Source of the DNA: an uncultured Lentisphaerales bacterium
GTDB lineage: Bacteria; Verrucomicrobiota; Lentisphaeria; JABSQK01; UBA12247
Direction: 5' to 3'
Length of the DNA stretch: 64,000 nt
NCBI GenBank assembly: GCA_943788985.1
Contig: CALSSJ010000011.1
Span: forward strand, 96,001 to 160,000
The notes beneath the pieces are model-generated. The model was not told the origin of the DNA and did no database searches. It worked only from the letters and a program-made list of their open reading frames with translations. Positions 29,399-42,035 of the stretch are shown here, one piece after another; within the stretch, counting starts at the first letter, position 1, and each line of letters starts with the position of its first letter. The translations under genes and the position numbers were made by a program.

Positions 29399-30347
29399 GA
29401 TTGACATTCTGTCCTGTTTGCAGCGGTGTGCCGCGTAGGAATTCAATGCCGGTCATTTCTCGTTTGCCCTGTGGGACAATCGTTTCAATAGACAGGGCTT
29501 CATTCCCACAAGCGACTTTCCACTCGTGTTTGTCTGCCGCCAGTATCGTACCTGGGAGGGCATCGTGTTGGCCCTCGGCGATGCTGGCAGCGGTGATGAT
29601 AATCCGTTTGCTTCCGCCTCTGGCGGGAAGCTGAAACCACGCACCTGGCCAAGGGGTATAGGCTCGAATCTGTCGTTCGATGAGGTTGGCGGGTCGAGAA
29701 AAGTCGACGCGCCCGTCATCTCGCGAGAGTTTTGAGACATGGCTGGCCTGTTCGTGATTCTGCGGCACGGGCCGCAGTTGATGGGTAGCGATCTTCTGCA
29801 GTTGGGGCACGACTATCCGGGCTGCCTCTTGGGACAGTCGATCTTCGAGCTCTGCTGCATTCTCGCCTTGGCGGATGGTGACGTTGTGACGGGAGTAGAC
29901 GGGTCCTGAGTCCAGGCCCCGCTCCATTTGCGTAACGCTAATGCCCGTCACGCTGTCACCGTTGAGGATTGCGGCATTGATTGGGGCGGCTCCCCGATAT
30001 GCCGGGAGAAGGGAGGCGTGCAAATTAACACACGCCTTGGTGGGGAGTTCGAGCAGCTGGCTCCGAAGTAGCTGCCCAAATGCGAATACCAGCACGATGT
30101 CTGGCGCACATGCGGCGATCCGATCAATGACCGCAGGGTCATTAACGTTCTCTATCTTTGCGATGGGTTGTTGGTGTTGTTCGCACCAGGCGCCGATTGG
30201 CGTAGGGGCAAAACCACGTCGTCCTTGCCGGCGGTCCGGCTGTGTTCCGACTCCCATGAGTCGCACTGAGGCCGCAGCCATCAACGCAGCGAGGGTGCGT
30301 ACAGCGATGGCGCCAGAGGCTAACAGGAAGACCTTGATTTGGGGCAT
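29379..30347 (-). CDS. fmt: Methionyl-tRNA formyltransferase
   Basis: TQPDR, NLHASLLPAYRGAAPI, LDSGP, RAYTPWPG. Confidence 0.95.
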   Translation of the reverse strand: MPQIKVFLLASGAIAVRTLAALMAAASVRLMGVGTQPDRRQGRRGFAPTPIGAWCEQHQQPIAKIENVNDPAVIDRIAACAPDIVLVFAFGQLLRSQLLELPTKACVNLHASLLPAYRGAAPINAAILNGDSVTGISVTQMERGLDSGPVYSRHNVTIRQGENAAELEDRLSQEAARIVVPQLQKIATHQLRPVPQNHEQASHVSKLSRDDGRVDFSRPANLIERQIRAYTPWPGAWFQLPARGGSKRIIITAASIAEGQHDALPGTILAADKHEWKVACGNEALSIETIVPQGKREMTGIEFLRGTPLQTGQNVNHETDNS

Positions 30348-30497
30348 GGAAACCGAAGAAGTGTGGCTTTTGGGATGGGTTGCCGGGGTGTATCGATCTA
30401 GAGATCACACCGACAGGCGGGGCTGCGGATTTCGCAAGCCGCTGTCACAGTCAGGTTGAGCATTAGTCAGACTGGGACAAGCGGGTAAGTTACCACC

Positions 30498-33400
30498 ATG
30501 AAGTGGATTCGGAAACTTAAAGTTCTCATAATGACGCTGGGGGCCCTAGCGGTGTTGCTGCTGGGGCTGGTCTGGTGGGCAACCGTTTGGGGCGTTCCAG
30601 GCGCCCTGCTCGTCATGATCACGGACCGGATTCAGGACGAAACAGGCGTGGCTGTGAAAGTGGACCGCGCGGTGTTTCGCAATGACCGGCTGGTGGAACT
30701 CCGCGGCTTGACGGTCCATGACGGCGAAGAGGTGCTGATGCTGCACGGGGATCGCGTGATCGCGGAGTTCCCCAAGTCTGGCTGGCGCGGACTGCCGGAG
30801 TTGACGTTGCTGGACGGGGCCGTCGTTTATGGCGCGGGAACGCCAGATGAGATCGACGCGCCGCTTTCGCATGCTCGGATCACGCCGCTAAAAAAGTCGA
30901 TCCGCGTGGCCGCGGCTGGTCGCTGTGGCGCGCTCCAGCTGGATTTACGGGTTGGGTTGATTGGGACCCTGCCGAAACAAGCGAAAAAGCGCAAGAGATT
31001 CCGTCTGAAACGGCTACAGGCGGACGGAGCGTCTGGCGAGTTGATTCGCGAAATTCATGACGCGATCAAGTGCGCGGACCGCGGGTCCTTGCGCTGCCGG
31101 ATCGATGTCTTTCTGCCGAAACCCTCGCAATCGCGGGGGACGGTGGATCTGCAAATCTCCGACTGTCTGGTGCGCGGGATTGCGCTGCAGAACCTGCAAT
31201 TTGGGGCTTCGAGCCTAGGCGGGCACGTGCAGGGCGACTACGCGGTGACGGCGGACGGCGGGCAGCAGGTGTCGGGATCATTCGAGCTTGGAAAGGACAT
31301 GGTCCTTTCGACGCGCTTGGCCGGGGCGGTGTGGCCGACTCGGTGGCTGACTGCGGTGGGACAGAAGTTGCCGCTGGCGGAGCTAGAGTTTCACGATCTG
31401 GTGGACGTGCGGGGGAATTGCAGCTGGCCAATTCGGGGGAAGTGGGGTGAGATTAGCGCTGACGCCTCGGTGCGAACGTCGGTCACGGTACGCGACGCGC
31501 GGTTTTCCAATTTTGGCGCGCGGCTGATGCTGGAGGATGGCGTGCTTCGTTTCGCGGATGCCCGCGGCTTTGTGAACGGTGATGGCCTGATCAAGGCCCA
31601 CGGTCAGTTCGACCTCGACACCCGACGGATCTACGTGGGCTTCGAAGCCACGGCTGACCCCTTGTTTGTCCGTGACATCAGCGGCAACAAGCCGTTTCGC
31701 CGTGATTTTGCCCAGTTGATGTCGATGTTTGAGTTTGCGCCTGGCCAGTACCCGTCTGCAGAAGGGGAGTTGTACGCGTGCCCGGAATGGCCCCGCGGCG
31801 GGCTGATCATGAATCTGAAGGCGTCCGGGCAGAATGTGCGCTATATGGGGACGCGACTCGACCGGGCCAGTGCTGAGTTGCTGGTGGATGTTCCCGATGC
31901 GTTAGTCTTGATCGACAATCTTTCGCTCTCGATTGGGCGCAAGGAGTTCTCGGGGCGGCTGGCGCGGGAGTTCCGGGCACCGCACATCGATCGACCGCGG
32001 GCCATGGAGTTTCGGGCGCAGTCAAACCTGCCGAGTGATGAGCTGTTTCGGGTGATTACGCTGGGCTGGGGAAAGCGCCAGACGGCAAAGGGCAGACTGG
32101 CAGTGGAGGCTGAGGCGGTTGGTCGTGGCCGGGTCTACATGGACTCGCAGGATCACGATGTGGATGTGCGCTACCGGACGCCGCGGTTTCAGCTGGAGAA
32201 TGGGGAGAGCCGAAATTTGACAGGCGAGCTGAGAGTGCGCGGGCGAGAAGTAACGACTCAAAACCACGCCGAGTCAATCCGCTTGAGTCAGTGGGAGTTG
32301 GGCGAGGCTGATCTTGATTTCTGCTTCAAGCCCGGGGCGCCATCGTTATCGGTGAAGGCTAAGGAGGCCGTCCGTGGTGACCTCGCGGTGGAGGAACTGG
32401 TGCTGGATGGAGTGTATGATCCGGAAGATGACGGCAGGCTGCTTGGGATCGATGTGCGCTCAAAGGCGCTGAAGGTGGCCGAGATCCGCGTGGCAAACGC
32501 GGAATGTGCCGTTCGCTTCCAGGAAGAGGGATTTACGGCCAAGGTGCACGGCGAGAGCGCGGCGATTGATCGTCTGCAGGCGGGTGAGGTAGAGGTCGAG
32601 TTGACGCAGAAGGGGAACGCGCTCGTGGGAGCGCTTAAGCTGGCTAGCATTCAATGCGATGAAGTCACTGCCGAAGCGATCAGTGGGACACTGGAGCGAA
32701 AAAAAACAGAGGACGGTGAAGTCTTTCACTTTGCTGGCACCTCGGGAGCGTGGGCGCTGACAGCTCCCGAAACCACGGGATCGGAGGCGACGCTGAAGGG
32801 TGCCTTTGCTGCGGATGGCTGGGCGTTGGATGCCGGCTTCGATCATGCCGTGTTTATGGCAGAGGGGAAGATGCAGGGCGCGGTCGTGCGACTCGATCAG
32901 CGGGGGAAGCAACCGCTGGCGCTGGCGCTGACGAGTGACGCCTTTACCTGGGGGGACTGGACGCTTACCGGGACAACGGCTCAAGGGACGGTTTCGCGAG
33001 ATGCCACCCGCCTGCACGTGACGGCAGAGTCGGTGGCGAAGGGCGCGACGACGGCCACGGGCTTCAGCGGAGTTGGGGCCTGGAGCGACGGAGACTTATC
33101 GCTGGTCAATGCAACCGCAGGCTTCTATGGCGGTGAGCTGCGTGGGGACTTCTTTATGAATGTGCCCGCAGAGCGCGGCACTACGTTCTGGGTGATGCGC
33201 GATGTGGACGTGAATCAGTTGAATAAGGCACTCAAGCCCGACAAGGCCACGAAGGTCAAGGAAGGGGAGAAGACGCCCACTCTCACGGCGCGTGCGAATG
33301 TTTCGATGAACGGCTGGGGAGAGACCCTGACGCTGAGTGGGAGTGGCCAGTTGAACGTGGTCGACGGCAACTTCGTGCGCTATCGGATCCCGATCCTGTC

Positions 33401-33776
33401 GGACTTTCTCGTGGCCGTGAGCAAGGCGCGAATCCTGGGTTTGATCACCACGCCTATTTCACATATGACTCGCATCAGCACGCTGAGCACGGATGTGGAA
33501 TTCGCGGGTACGAAAATGAAGTTCCAGTCTTTGCGGACCAATGGTGAGGTGATCGCGGTCGCAGGCAGAGGCTACTATGATTGGAAGGAGCCGTGGTTGG
33601 ACGTCCGGCTGCACGCGGAGTCTTTACCCGGGCTATGGAAACGACTGCCGCTGGTCGATGACCCATTTAAAATTGTGCTGGCGCGGCGCGCCACGGGCAC
33701 TTTCTCTGACCCGAAGTGGGAAGAGATCAGCGGGCTGCGGGACTTTTTCCGCGACACGGAAAAGGACATGAATTGA
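30498..33776 (+). CDS. Large AsmA-like (beta-groove) envelope protein
   Basis: N-terminal TM anchor, beta-rich body, FYGGELRG and C-terminal GTFSDPKW. Confidence 0.7.
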   Translation: MKWIRKLKVLIMTLGALAVLLLGLVWWATVWGVPGALLVMITDRIQDETGVAVKVDRAVFRNDRLVELRGLTVHDGEEVLMLHGDRVIAEFPKSGWRGLPELTLLDGAVVYGAGTPDEIDAPLSHARITPLKKSIRVAAAGRCGALQLDLRVGLIGTLPKQAKKRKRFRLKRLQADGASGELIREIHDAIKCADRGSLRCRIDVFLPKPSQSRGTVDLQISDCLVRGIALQNLQFGASSLGGHVQGDYAVTADGGQQVSGSFELGKDMVLSTRLAGAVWPTRWLTAVGQKLPLAELEFHDLVDVRGNCSWPIRGKWGEISADASVRTSVTVRDARFSNFGARLMLEDGVLRFADARGFVNGDGLIKAHGQFDLDTRRIYVGFEATADPLFVRDISGNKPFRRDFAQLMSMFEFAPGQYPSAEGELYACPEWPRGGLIMNLKASGQNVRYMGTRLDRASAELLVDVPDALVLIDNLSLSIGRKEFSGRLAREFRAPHIDRPRAMEFRAQSNLPSDELFRVITLGWGKRQTAKGRLAVEAEAVGRGRVYMDSQDHDVDVRYRTPRFQLENGESRNLTGELRVRGREVTTQNHAESIRLSQWELGEADLDFCFKPGAPSLSVKAKEAVRGDLAVEELVLDGVYDPEDDGRLLGIDVRSKALKVAEIRVANAECAVRFQEEGFTAKVHGESAAIDRLQAGEVEVELTQKGNALVGALKLASIQCDEVTAEAISGTLERKKTEDGEVFHFAGTSGAWALTAPETTGSEATLKGAFAADGWALDAGFDHAVFMAEGKMQGAVVRLDQRGKQPLALALTSDAFTWGDWTLTGTTAQGTVSRDATRLHVTAESVAKGATTATGFSGVGAWSDGDLSLVNATAGFYGGELRGDFFMNVPAERGTTFWVMRDVDVNQLNKALKPDKATKVKEGEKTPTLTARANVSMNGWGETLTLSGSGQLNVVDGNFVRYRIPILSDFLVAVSKARILGLITTPISHMTRISTLSTDVEFAGTKMKFQSLRTNGEVIAVAGRGYYDWKEPWLDVRLHAESLPGLWKRLPLVDDPFKIVLARRATGTFSDPKWEEISGLRDFFRDTEKDMN

Positions 33777-33874
33777 TTGGTTTCAATATCCAACAGCCAA
33801 CAGGGAATATCTAATCATCAAAACGAGTCTGTTGGGCACTGAATTCGAAGCCTCAGCCTGTGTGTACTCGGTTT

Positions 33875-34139
33875 TCATTTGGCAATTAGAAATTCCGGGA
33901 GATCCTGGAAGGTCGGGGTGTCTGCCAAGAAGCGAACGGCGGTAGCAATGACTTGAATCGCTTCTTCGACGCAGTGTTCGACCGTGCCGCCTTCGTAGGT
34001 TAGTTGAAGCGTAGCCTGAGTCAGCTCACCGGACTCTTCGCCGACGATTGCGGCACCGTGAATAACGTCTGCGGGCCAATAGGGGTGCTTGGTGCGGGCT
34101 GCGTCGATTTCCTGCTTCGCGAGGGCGAAGATTTGTACT

Positions 34140-34147
<8 letters not shown>
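33875..34147 (-). CDS. Small all-alpha MazG-like NTP pyrophosphohydrolase-fold protein
   Basis: EESGEL...EEAIQVIA (ExxE...EExQ) pattern; overlaps the stop of the upstream gene. Confidence 0.6.
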
Positions 34148-35965
<1,818 letters not shown>

Positions 35966-35969
<4 letters not shown>

Positions 35970-36223
35970 GCCTCTCCGGCTTGAATGCGTAAGGCGTGAA
36001 TCTCCGTGCCCATCATCTCTCCGAGCGCAGCATAGATCTTGCGATGTTGCGTCACGCGGGACATCCCGTTGAGCGCTTCGGCGGTGATGGTGACAGAAAA
36101 ATGGCCGCCTCCGCTGCGGGCACCGGGGTGGCCGATGTGGAGGTGGCTTTCATCTTCTATTTCTAAGCTGACAGGCGCAAAAGCGGCAATCAGCCTCTCA
36201 CGAATGGTGGCAACACGATCCAT
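35966..36223 (-). CDS. bolA: BolA family protein
   Basis: DESHLH.GH, GGHF, R..QHR..Y, IHAL. Confidence 0.92.
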
Positions 36224-36394
36224 AGATCCGGTCCTGACTTTGGGAACTTACGAGGCAAACCGCTCGACGGTACTCCATGCCGCCGGGATGCTCCAGTTCT
36301 GCAGATGGCCGAATGCTGTTGGCAGGTCAGGCTCGGGCGATATATTGCGAGTTTACTTTTGCACTGGTTTCTCACGTAACTAAGGAATTTCATC

Positions 36395-36490
36395 ATGGGT
36401 CAGCAGAATAAGAAGATCGTCAAGCGCGCACGTCGTAAGCGGTACATGGCACGGGTAAAGGCACGCAAGATCGAAGCCGCACAGCGGTAG
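36395..36490 (+). CDS. 31-aa highly basic small protein
   Basis: MGQQNKKIVKRARRKRYMARVKARKIEAAQR with upstream taagga; below the ORF-track cutoff. Confidence 0.7.
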   Translation: MGQQNKKIVKRARRKRYMARVKARKIEAAQR

Positions 36491-36522
36491 AGCAACGTTC
36501 AGGGAACTTGGGCGAGGAAACT

Positions 36523-37395
36523 ATGGTCCTTCAGGGCTGTTATACAGCGTTGACGACACCGTTCGTCGACGGTGCCGTCTGTTATGACACGTTAGCATCT
36601 CTGGTAGAACGCCAGATTGCTGCGGGCGTCGATGGGGTGGTGCCGGTCGGGACAACCGGTGAGTCACCGACTCTGAGCGTGGCGGAGCATGAGCGTGTGA
36701 TTTCCGCGGTAGTCGAGACCGTGGGCGGCCGTTGCCAGGTGTTTGCCGGCACTGGAGGAAACTCTACTGCCGAGGCCTTGGAGTTGACACAGCATGCCAA
36801 GGACGTCGGAGCCGACGGGACGCTACAAGTCACGCCCTATTACAACAAGCCGACGCAAGAAGGGCTTTATCGTCACTTCATGAAGATCGCAGATGTTGGT
36901 TTGCCGGTCATGCTATACAGCATTCCCGGGCGCTGCAACGTGGAGATCGAACTTGAAACGGTGGCGCGTCTTGCGAAGCATGAAAGCATCGTGGCGATCA
37001 AGGAAGCCGGGGGGAAGGTGGACCGGATCAGTGGGCTTAAGCAGTGCTGCGATCTGAGCCTGCTCAGTGGCGATGATGCCCTTGCCTTGCCGATGATGTT
37101 AATGGGGGCCACTGGACTTGTCAGTGTGACCTCAAACCTGCTGCCTGCCGAGATGACTGCGCTGACGCATTACGCGTTGGCGGGGGATTATCGGGCGGCA
37201 CTGGAGATACATTTTAACTATTACCGGTTATTCGGGGCCCTATTTGCCGAGACCAATCCGGTGCCGGTAAAAGCAGCAATGCACGCGCTGGACCTGCATG
37301 GCTCGGACTGTCGCTTGCCGCTGGCCCCAATGGCTGAGGATAACACCAAAAAGCTGTACCAGCAGTTGGCCGCCGTTGGCTTGATCGGTCGCTGA
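36523..37395 (+). CDS. dapA: 4-hydroxy-tetrahydrodipicolinate synthase
   Basis: GTTGES, PYYNKPTQ, Y.IPGR, IKEA, SGDD, ETNPVPVK. Confidence 0.96.
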   Translation: MVLQGCYTALTTPFVDGAVCYDTLASLVERQIAAGVDGVVPVGTTGESPTLSVAEHERVISAVVETVGGRCQVFAGTGGNSTAEALELTQHAKDVGADGTLQVTPYYNKPTQEGLYRHFMKIADVGLPVMLYSIPGRCNVEIELETVARLAKHESIVAIKEAGGKVDRISGLKQCCDLSLLSGDDALALPMMLMGATGLVSVTSNLLPAEMTALTHYALAGDYRAALEIHFNYYRLFGALFAETNPVPVKAAMHALDLHGSDCRLPLAPMAEDNTKKLYQQLAAVGLIGR

Positions 37396-37399
37396 TAGG

Positions 37400-38212
37400 A
37401 TGGCAGTACGCGTAGCAATTGTCGGCGCGGCAGGTCGCATGGGCCAGAGGCTGATTGCGTTGGCTGCAGACGACGCAGATCTGGTCGTCTGCGGCGCCGT
37501 TGAACATGCTGAATCACCGTTTCTTGGGCAAGATGCTGGCATGCTTGCCATAGGCGATGAGCTTGGCGTTGCGATCTCCGCAGACCTGGCCGCAAGTGTG
37601 GCCGGCGCGGATGCCGTCATCGATTTTTCTGCGCCGAGTCAGGCCGTGCACGTGGCGGAGTCCGCAATCGCTGCTGGGGCCGGATATGTCCTCGGAACGA
37701 CCGGGTTGACCAGCGAGCAGTATGATGGGCTGCGGGCGCTCTCCCGTAGGGGCCGGCTGGTGGTGGCGTCGAACATGAGCGTGGGGGTAAATTTGTTGTT
37801 TCAGTTGGCCGGGCAGGTTGCCCGCACCCTCGGGATCGACTACGACATCGAGATCATAGAGATGCATCACAACCAAAAGAAAGATGCTCCTAGCGGGACG
37901 GCTGTGCGCCTGGGCGAAGTGGTTGCCGAAGCGCGCGGGTTGAACTATGAGACCGATACCGAGCACGGCCGTGTCGGGATGGTCGGGGCGCGTGAGGAGG
38001 GGAAGATCGGCATGCACGCCTTGCGTGGTGGCGATGTGGTGGGCGATCACACGGTGATGTTTGCCACCGCCGGGGAGCGGATCGAGCTCACCCACAGAGC
38101 GTCGACACGCGACACCTTCGCAGTCGGAGCCCTGCGAGCCGCAAAATTTTTGCGCGATGCAGAGCCGGGGCAGTACGATATGGCCGCAGTTCTCGGATTG
38201 ACAACAGCATGA
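37400..38212 (+). CDS. dapB: 4-hydroxy-tetrahydrodipicolinate reductase
   Basis: GAAGRMG, GTTG, EMHHNQKKDAPSGTA. Confidence 0.96.
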   Translation: MAVRVAIVGAAGRMGQRLIALAADDADLVVCGAVEHAESPFLGQDAGMLAIGDELGVAISADLAASVAGADAVIDFSAPSQAVHVAESAIAAGAGYVLGTTGLTSEQYDGLRALSRRGRLVVASNMSVGVNLLFQLAGQVARTLGIDYDIEIIEMHHNQKKDAPSGTAVRLGEVVAEARGLNYETDTEHGRVGMVGAREEGKIGMHALRGGDVVGDHTVMFATAGERIELTHRASTRDTFAVGALRAAKFLRDAEPGQYDMAAVLGLTTA

Positions 38213-38778
38213 CTTTCACAATGCAGGAATTTGAGCGCTTCTTGCGCAACGACTGGCAAGTTCTTACTGCGTGCACGGGCGGGCTGCTGCTGTGGCTACT
38301 GTCCGGCGCAATGGCTTCATCCATTGCCGAGACGCGCGTACGCAGCCCATGGGTGCACCTGATTCTAGGACTTTTGCTTCCGGTCGTGTATCCGATTCTG
38401 GCTCTGTTTTTTGGCGTCAGTACGGTGAAGCAACCGAAGATTAAGGAAGCCAAAGAGCGAGATGTCTCGCATCCCGACGGGCCCCCTCCAGTGGAGCTAC
38501 CTGCGGCCGATGTGCCAATCGTGGCACGTGAGATTCACGCCGAGTCGATCGACGAGGTGAGTATATTTACCCCCGAGTACTTCAAGGATATGGCCTTGGA
38601 TGAATACGGGAACTATCGCGGCCCGTTCCTCTTTAAGGTGCACGGCATCGAGCAGCGCGCAGATCGAATTGTAGAGTGCATGCCGGGCGTCGTGGTCACC
38701 GAATCAATCACGCCGGACGGCAAGAGCCAGCGCCTACGCATCCCATACGACAAGGTCGAGGGCTTCGAAGAGCTCTGA
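38209..38778 (+). CDS. Hypothetical membrane protein
   Basis: Two N-terminal TM segments; ATGA overlap with dapB. Confidence 0.7.
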   Translation: MTFTMQEFERFLRNDWQVLTACTGGLLLWLLSGAMASSIAETRVRSPWVHLILGLLLPVVYPILALFFGVSTVKQPKIKEAKERDVSHPDGPPPVELPAADVPIVAREIHAESIDEVSIFTPEYFKDMALDEYGNYRGPFLFKVHGIEQRADRIVECMPGVVVTESITPDGKSQRLRIPYDKVEGFEEL

Positions 38779-38826
38779 TTCTCATCCTCGCTTTTCCAGT
38801 TCATCTCTCAAAAAAGCCTACCAATC

Positions 38827-41800
38827 ATGCATTTCGAACCAGTACGTAAAGCCGACTTCCCCACTGAGGAGCAGCGTGTTCTCGCCTTCTGGCGGGAGCA
38901 GGACATCTTTGCGAAAACAATGGCCGCGAGGTCTGGCGGGCCAGAGTTTGTGTTCTATGATGGGCCGCCATTCGCGACCGGGCTGCCACATTACGGGCAC
39001 TTGCTGGCTGGCGCGATCAAGGACGTTATCCCGCGCTATCAGACGATGCAGGGTAAGTTCGTCGACCGTGTGTTTGGCTGGGACTGTCATGGCCTGCCGG
39101 TCGAAAACGAGATGGAGAAAGAGCTCCAGATCAACAGCAAGCATGAGATTGAGTCCTACGGCGTGGATCGTTTTAACGAGGCCTGCCGTGGTATCGTGTT
39201 GAAGTACACCAGCGAGTGGGAGCAGGTCGTCGAGCGCATGGGACGTTGGGTGGACTTTGACCGCGGCTATCGGACGATGGATCTGAGCTATATGGAATCC
39301 ATCTGGTGGGTTTTTAAACAGCTTTGGGATAAGGACCTGATCTACGAAGGCGACAAGATCATGTGGTACTGTCCGCGTTGCGCCACGCCGCTGTCCAACT
39401 TCGAGGTCAATCAGGGCTATCGCGACACCAAGGATCCGGCCATTACCGTGCGGTTTAAGCTGAACGGGTCTGGAAATCGCTACATCATCGCCTGGACCAC
39501 GACGCCCTGGACGCTGCCGGCGAACTTTGCACTTGCCGTGGGGGAGGACATTGACTATGTCGAGGTCGAGGATGGCGACGATACGCTGATTTTGGCCGAG
39601 GCGCGCATGGGCGCCTACTACCCCAAAGAGCAGCCGACCGTTATCCGCACCTTTAAGGGCGCGGAATTGGTGGGGACCAGCTATGCGCCGATCCTGCCGT
39701 TCTTTCCCCAGCATCGTGAGGACGCGTACCGGGTGATCGCGGCTGACTTCGTCACGACAGGGGACGGTGCTGGCGTGGTGCATATTGCACCAGGATTTGG
39801 TGAGGACGATAATCGTGTGGGCAAAGAGAACGGTCTGCCGGTGCATTGCCCGCTTGATGATGAGGGGCGCTACACCGCTGTCGTGCATGACTTCGCAGGC
39901 CGCTTTGTGAAGGACTGTGACGCGGACATTATCCAGCGCCTCCGCGAGGAAGGTTCGCTGGTGCGCAAGACCACGGTCAGCCATAGCTATCCGCATTGCT
40001 GGCGGTGTGAAGCGCCGCTGCTCAATCGCTCCATTCCTACTTGGTTTGTACGCGTCGAGAAGATCAAGGACCGCATGGTCGCGGCCAATCAACAGATTCA
40101 GTGGGTGCCGGGCCATTTGAAGGACGGTCGCTTCGGGAAGTGGCTGGAGAACGCCCGCGACTGGGCCATCTCGCGCAATCGATATTGGGGCTGTCCGCTG
40201 CCGATCTGGCATGATCGCGAGAGTGGGCAGATCGAGGTGTTTGGCTCTGTGGCCGAGCTCGAGGCGCGCAGTGGCCAGACGATCACGGACATTCACAAGC
40301 ACTTTGTCGACCCTATTGAGCTGCCCGGGACTGACGGTGTGACCCTGCGACGGGTACCACAGGTGCTGGACTGCTGGTTTGAGAGTGGCTCAATGCCATA
40401 CGCGCAGAAGCATTATCCGTTCGAGAACGAAGGCTGGGTAGAGGATCACTTACCAGCTGATTTTATCGCCGAGGGTCTGGATCAGACCCGCGGCTGGTTT
40501 TATACGCTCGTGGTGCTAGGAGCGGCGCTGTTCGATCGGCCCCCGTTTCGGAACGTGATCGTGAATGGTCTGATTCTCGCTGAGGATGGGGCAAAGATGT
40601 CCAAACGTCTGCGAAACTATCCAGACCCGATGGAGATCATGAACAAGTATGGTGCAGATGCTATGCGGCTGTACTTGCTGAGTTCGCAAGTTGTGCGAGG
40701 CGAGAACCTGCGCTTCTCCGAGAAGCGTCATATGGTCACGGACCAAGCCACCGGCAAGGAGATTCAGACGCCCGATGGCGTGCAGGAGACGATGCGTGCG
40801 GTGTTGCTGCCATTGTGGAATTCTTATAGCTTTTTCATCACCTATGCGAATGTGGATGGCTGGGACCCGCGGTCTGCGCTGGACGTTGCGAACTCCGCAC
40901 CGAAGGCGGATTTGGATCGCTGGATTCTTGCCCGCTTGAACTCGATGGTGACGCAGGTCACGGACCGTTTGGACGCGTATGACCTGCAAGGCGCCGGGCT
41001 GAGTTTCAGCGGCTTTGTCGGTGATTTGACCAACTGGTACATCCGTCGCAGTCGCCGCCGTTTCTGGAAAAGTCAGGATGATTCCGATAAACATGAGGCG
41101 TACTCTACGCTGTATCACGTGCTCGTGACATTTTGTCAGGCTGCAGCCCCGCTGACCCCGTTCATGACCGAGACCATTTACCGCAATCTGCGTCGGCCAT
41201 TTATGACCGCGGGCGAGAGCGACGCGGAATCCGTGCATCTGTGCGATTTTCCCAAGCCCAATCCCGCGCTAGCAGACGAGACTCTGGAACGGCGCATGGG
41301 GCGCGCAATCACGGCGGTTTCGCTAGGGCGCTTTCTGCGGACACAGGCGACGATCAAGGTACGGCAACCGCTGGCGGAGTCGGTGTTGCTGTCCTTGGAC
41401 CCTGAGACGCGTGCTGACTTGGAGGCGATTCGCCCGCTGGTCGCCGAAGAGCTAAACGTAAAATCCGTACGGGTAGATGCGAACGAGGCGACTCTGGTCG
41501 ACCTCTCCGCGAAGGCCAACTTTAAGCGATTGGGCAAGCGTCTGCAGAAGCGCATGAAGCATGCTGCAGGCGCGATCGCTGGGTTGGATGACACGGCCCT
41601 TACGCAGTTGCAGTTAGGCGAGACTCTCACCATAGAGCTTGCCGATGGCGGAGACGCAGTGGAGATCACGATTGAAGATGTGGAGATTCGCCGCACGGAG
41701 CGCGAAGGGATTGCCGTGGCGAATGAAGGAGACATCACTGTGGCCTTGGACCTGCAACTGGATGACGGTCTAGTGAGGGAAGGCCTAGCTCGTGAGATTG

Positions 41801-42030
41801 TGAACCGTCTGCAAGGCATGCGTAAGGACGCAGGTCTTCAGGTAGACGACCGCATTGTCGTGTGTTATGAGGCGCCCGCCGCGATTTCCACCGCCATCGA
41901 GCAGTACGGCACGTATATTTCTGATGAAGTCCTCGCCACATCGTTGCGCTCCGAGCCGACGTCCGGCGTGGACATCGTGGATATCAACGGCCATGCCTGC
42001 ACGTTTGCGATAGTCAAGGAGGCTGGCTGA
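38827..42030 (+). CDS. ileS: Isoleucine--tRNA ligase (type 2, IleRS2)
   Basis: DGPPFATGLPHYGH, GWDCHGLP, DWAISRNRYWG, KMSKR; IleRS2-type C-terminus. Confidence 0.97.
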   Translation: MHFEPVRKADFPTEEQRVLAFWREQDIFAKTMAARSGGPEFVFYDGPPFATGLPHYGHLLAGAIKDVIPRYQTMQGKFVDRVFGWDCHGLPVENEMEKELQINSKHEIESYGVDRFNEACRGIVLKYTSEWEQVVERMGRWVDFDRGYRTMDLSYMESIWWVFKQLWDKDLIYEGDKIMWYCPRCATPLSNFEVNQGYRDTKDPAITVRFKLNGSGNRYIIAWTTTPWTLPANFALAVGEDIDYVEVEDGDDTLILAEARMGAYYPKEQPTVIRTFKGAELVGTSYAPILPFFPQHREDAYRVIAADFVTTGDGAGVVHIAPGFGEDDNRVGKENGLPVHCPLDDEGRYTAVVHDFAGRFVKDCDADIIQRLREEGSLVRKTTVSHSYPHCWRCEAPLLNRSIPTWFVRVEKIKDRMVAANQQIQWVPGHLKDGRFGKWLENARDWAISRNRYWGCPLPIWHDRESGQIEVFGSVAELEARSGQTITDIHKHFVDPIELPGTDGVTLRRVPQVLDCWFESGSMPYAQKHYPFENEGWVEDHLPADFIAEGLDQTRGWFYTLVVLGAALFDRPPFRNVIVNGLILAEDGAKMSKRLRNYPDPMEIMNKYGADAMRLYLLSSQVVRGENLRFSEKRHMVTDQATGKEIQTPDGVQETMRAVLLPLWNSYSFFITYANVDGWDPRSALDVANSAPKADLDRWILARLNSMVTQVTDRLDAYDLQGAGLSFSGFVGDLTNWYIRRSRRRFWKSQDDSDKHEAYSTLYHVLVTFCQAAAPLTPFMTETIYRNLRRPFMTAGESDAESVHLCDFPKPNPALADETLERRMGRAITAVSLGRFLRTQATIKVRQPLAESVLLSLDPETRADLEAIRPLVAEELNVKSVRVDANEATLVDLSAKANFKRLGKRLQKRMKHAAGAIAGLDDTALTQLQLGETLTIELADGGDAVEITIEDVEIRRTEREGIAVANEGDITVALDLQLDDGLVREGLAREIVNRLQGMRKDAGLQVDDRIVVCYEAPAAISTAIEQYGTYISDEVLATSLRSEPTSGVDIVDINGHACTFAIVKEAG

Positions 42031-42035
42031 TACCC

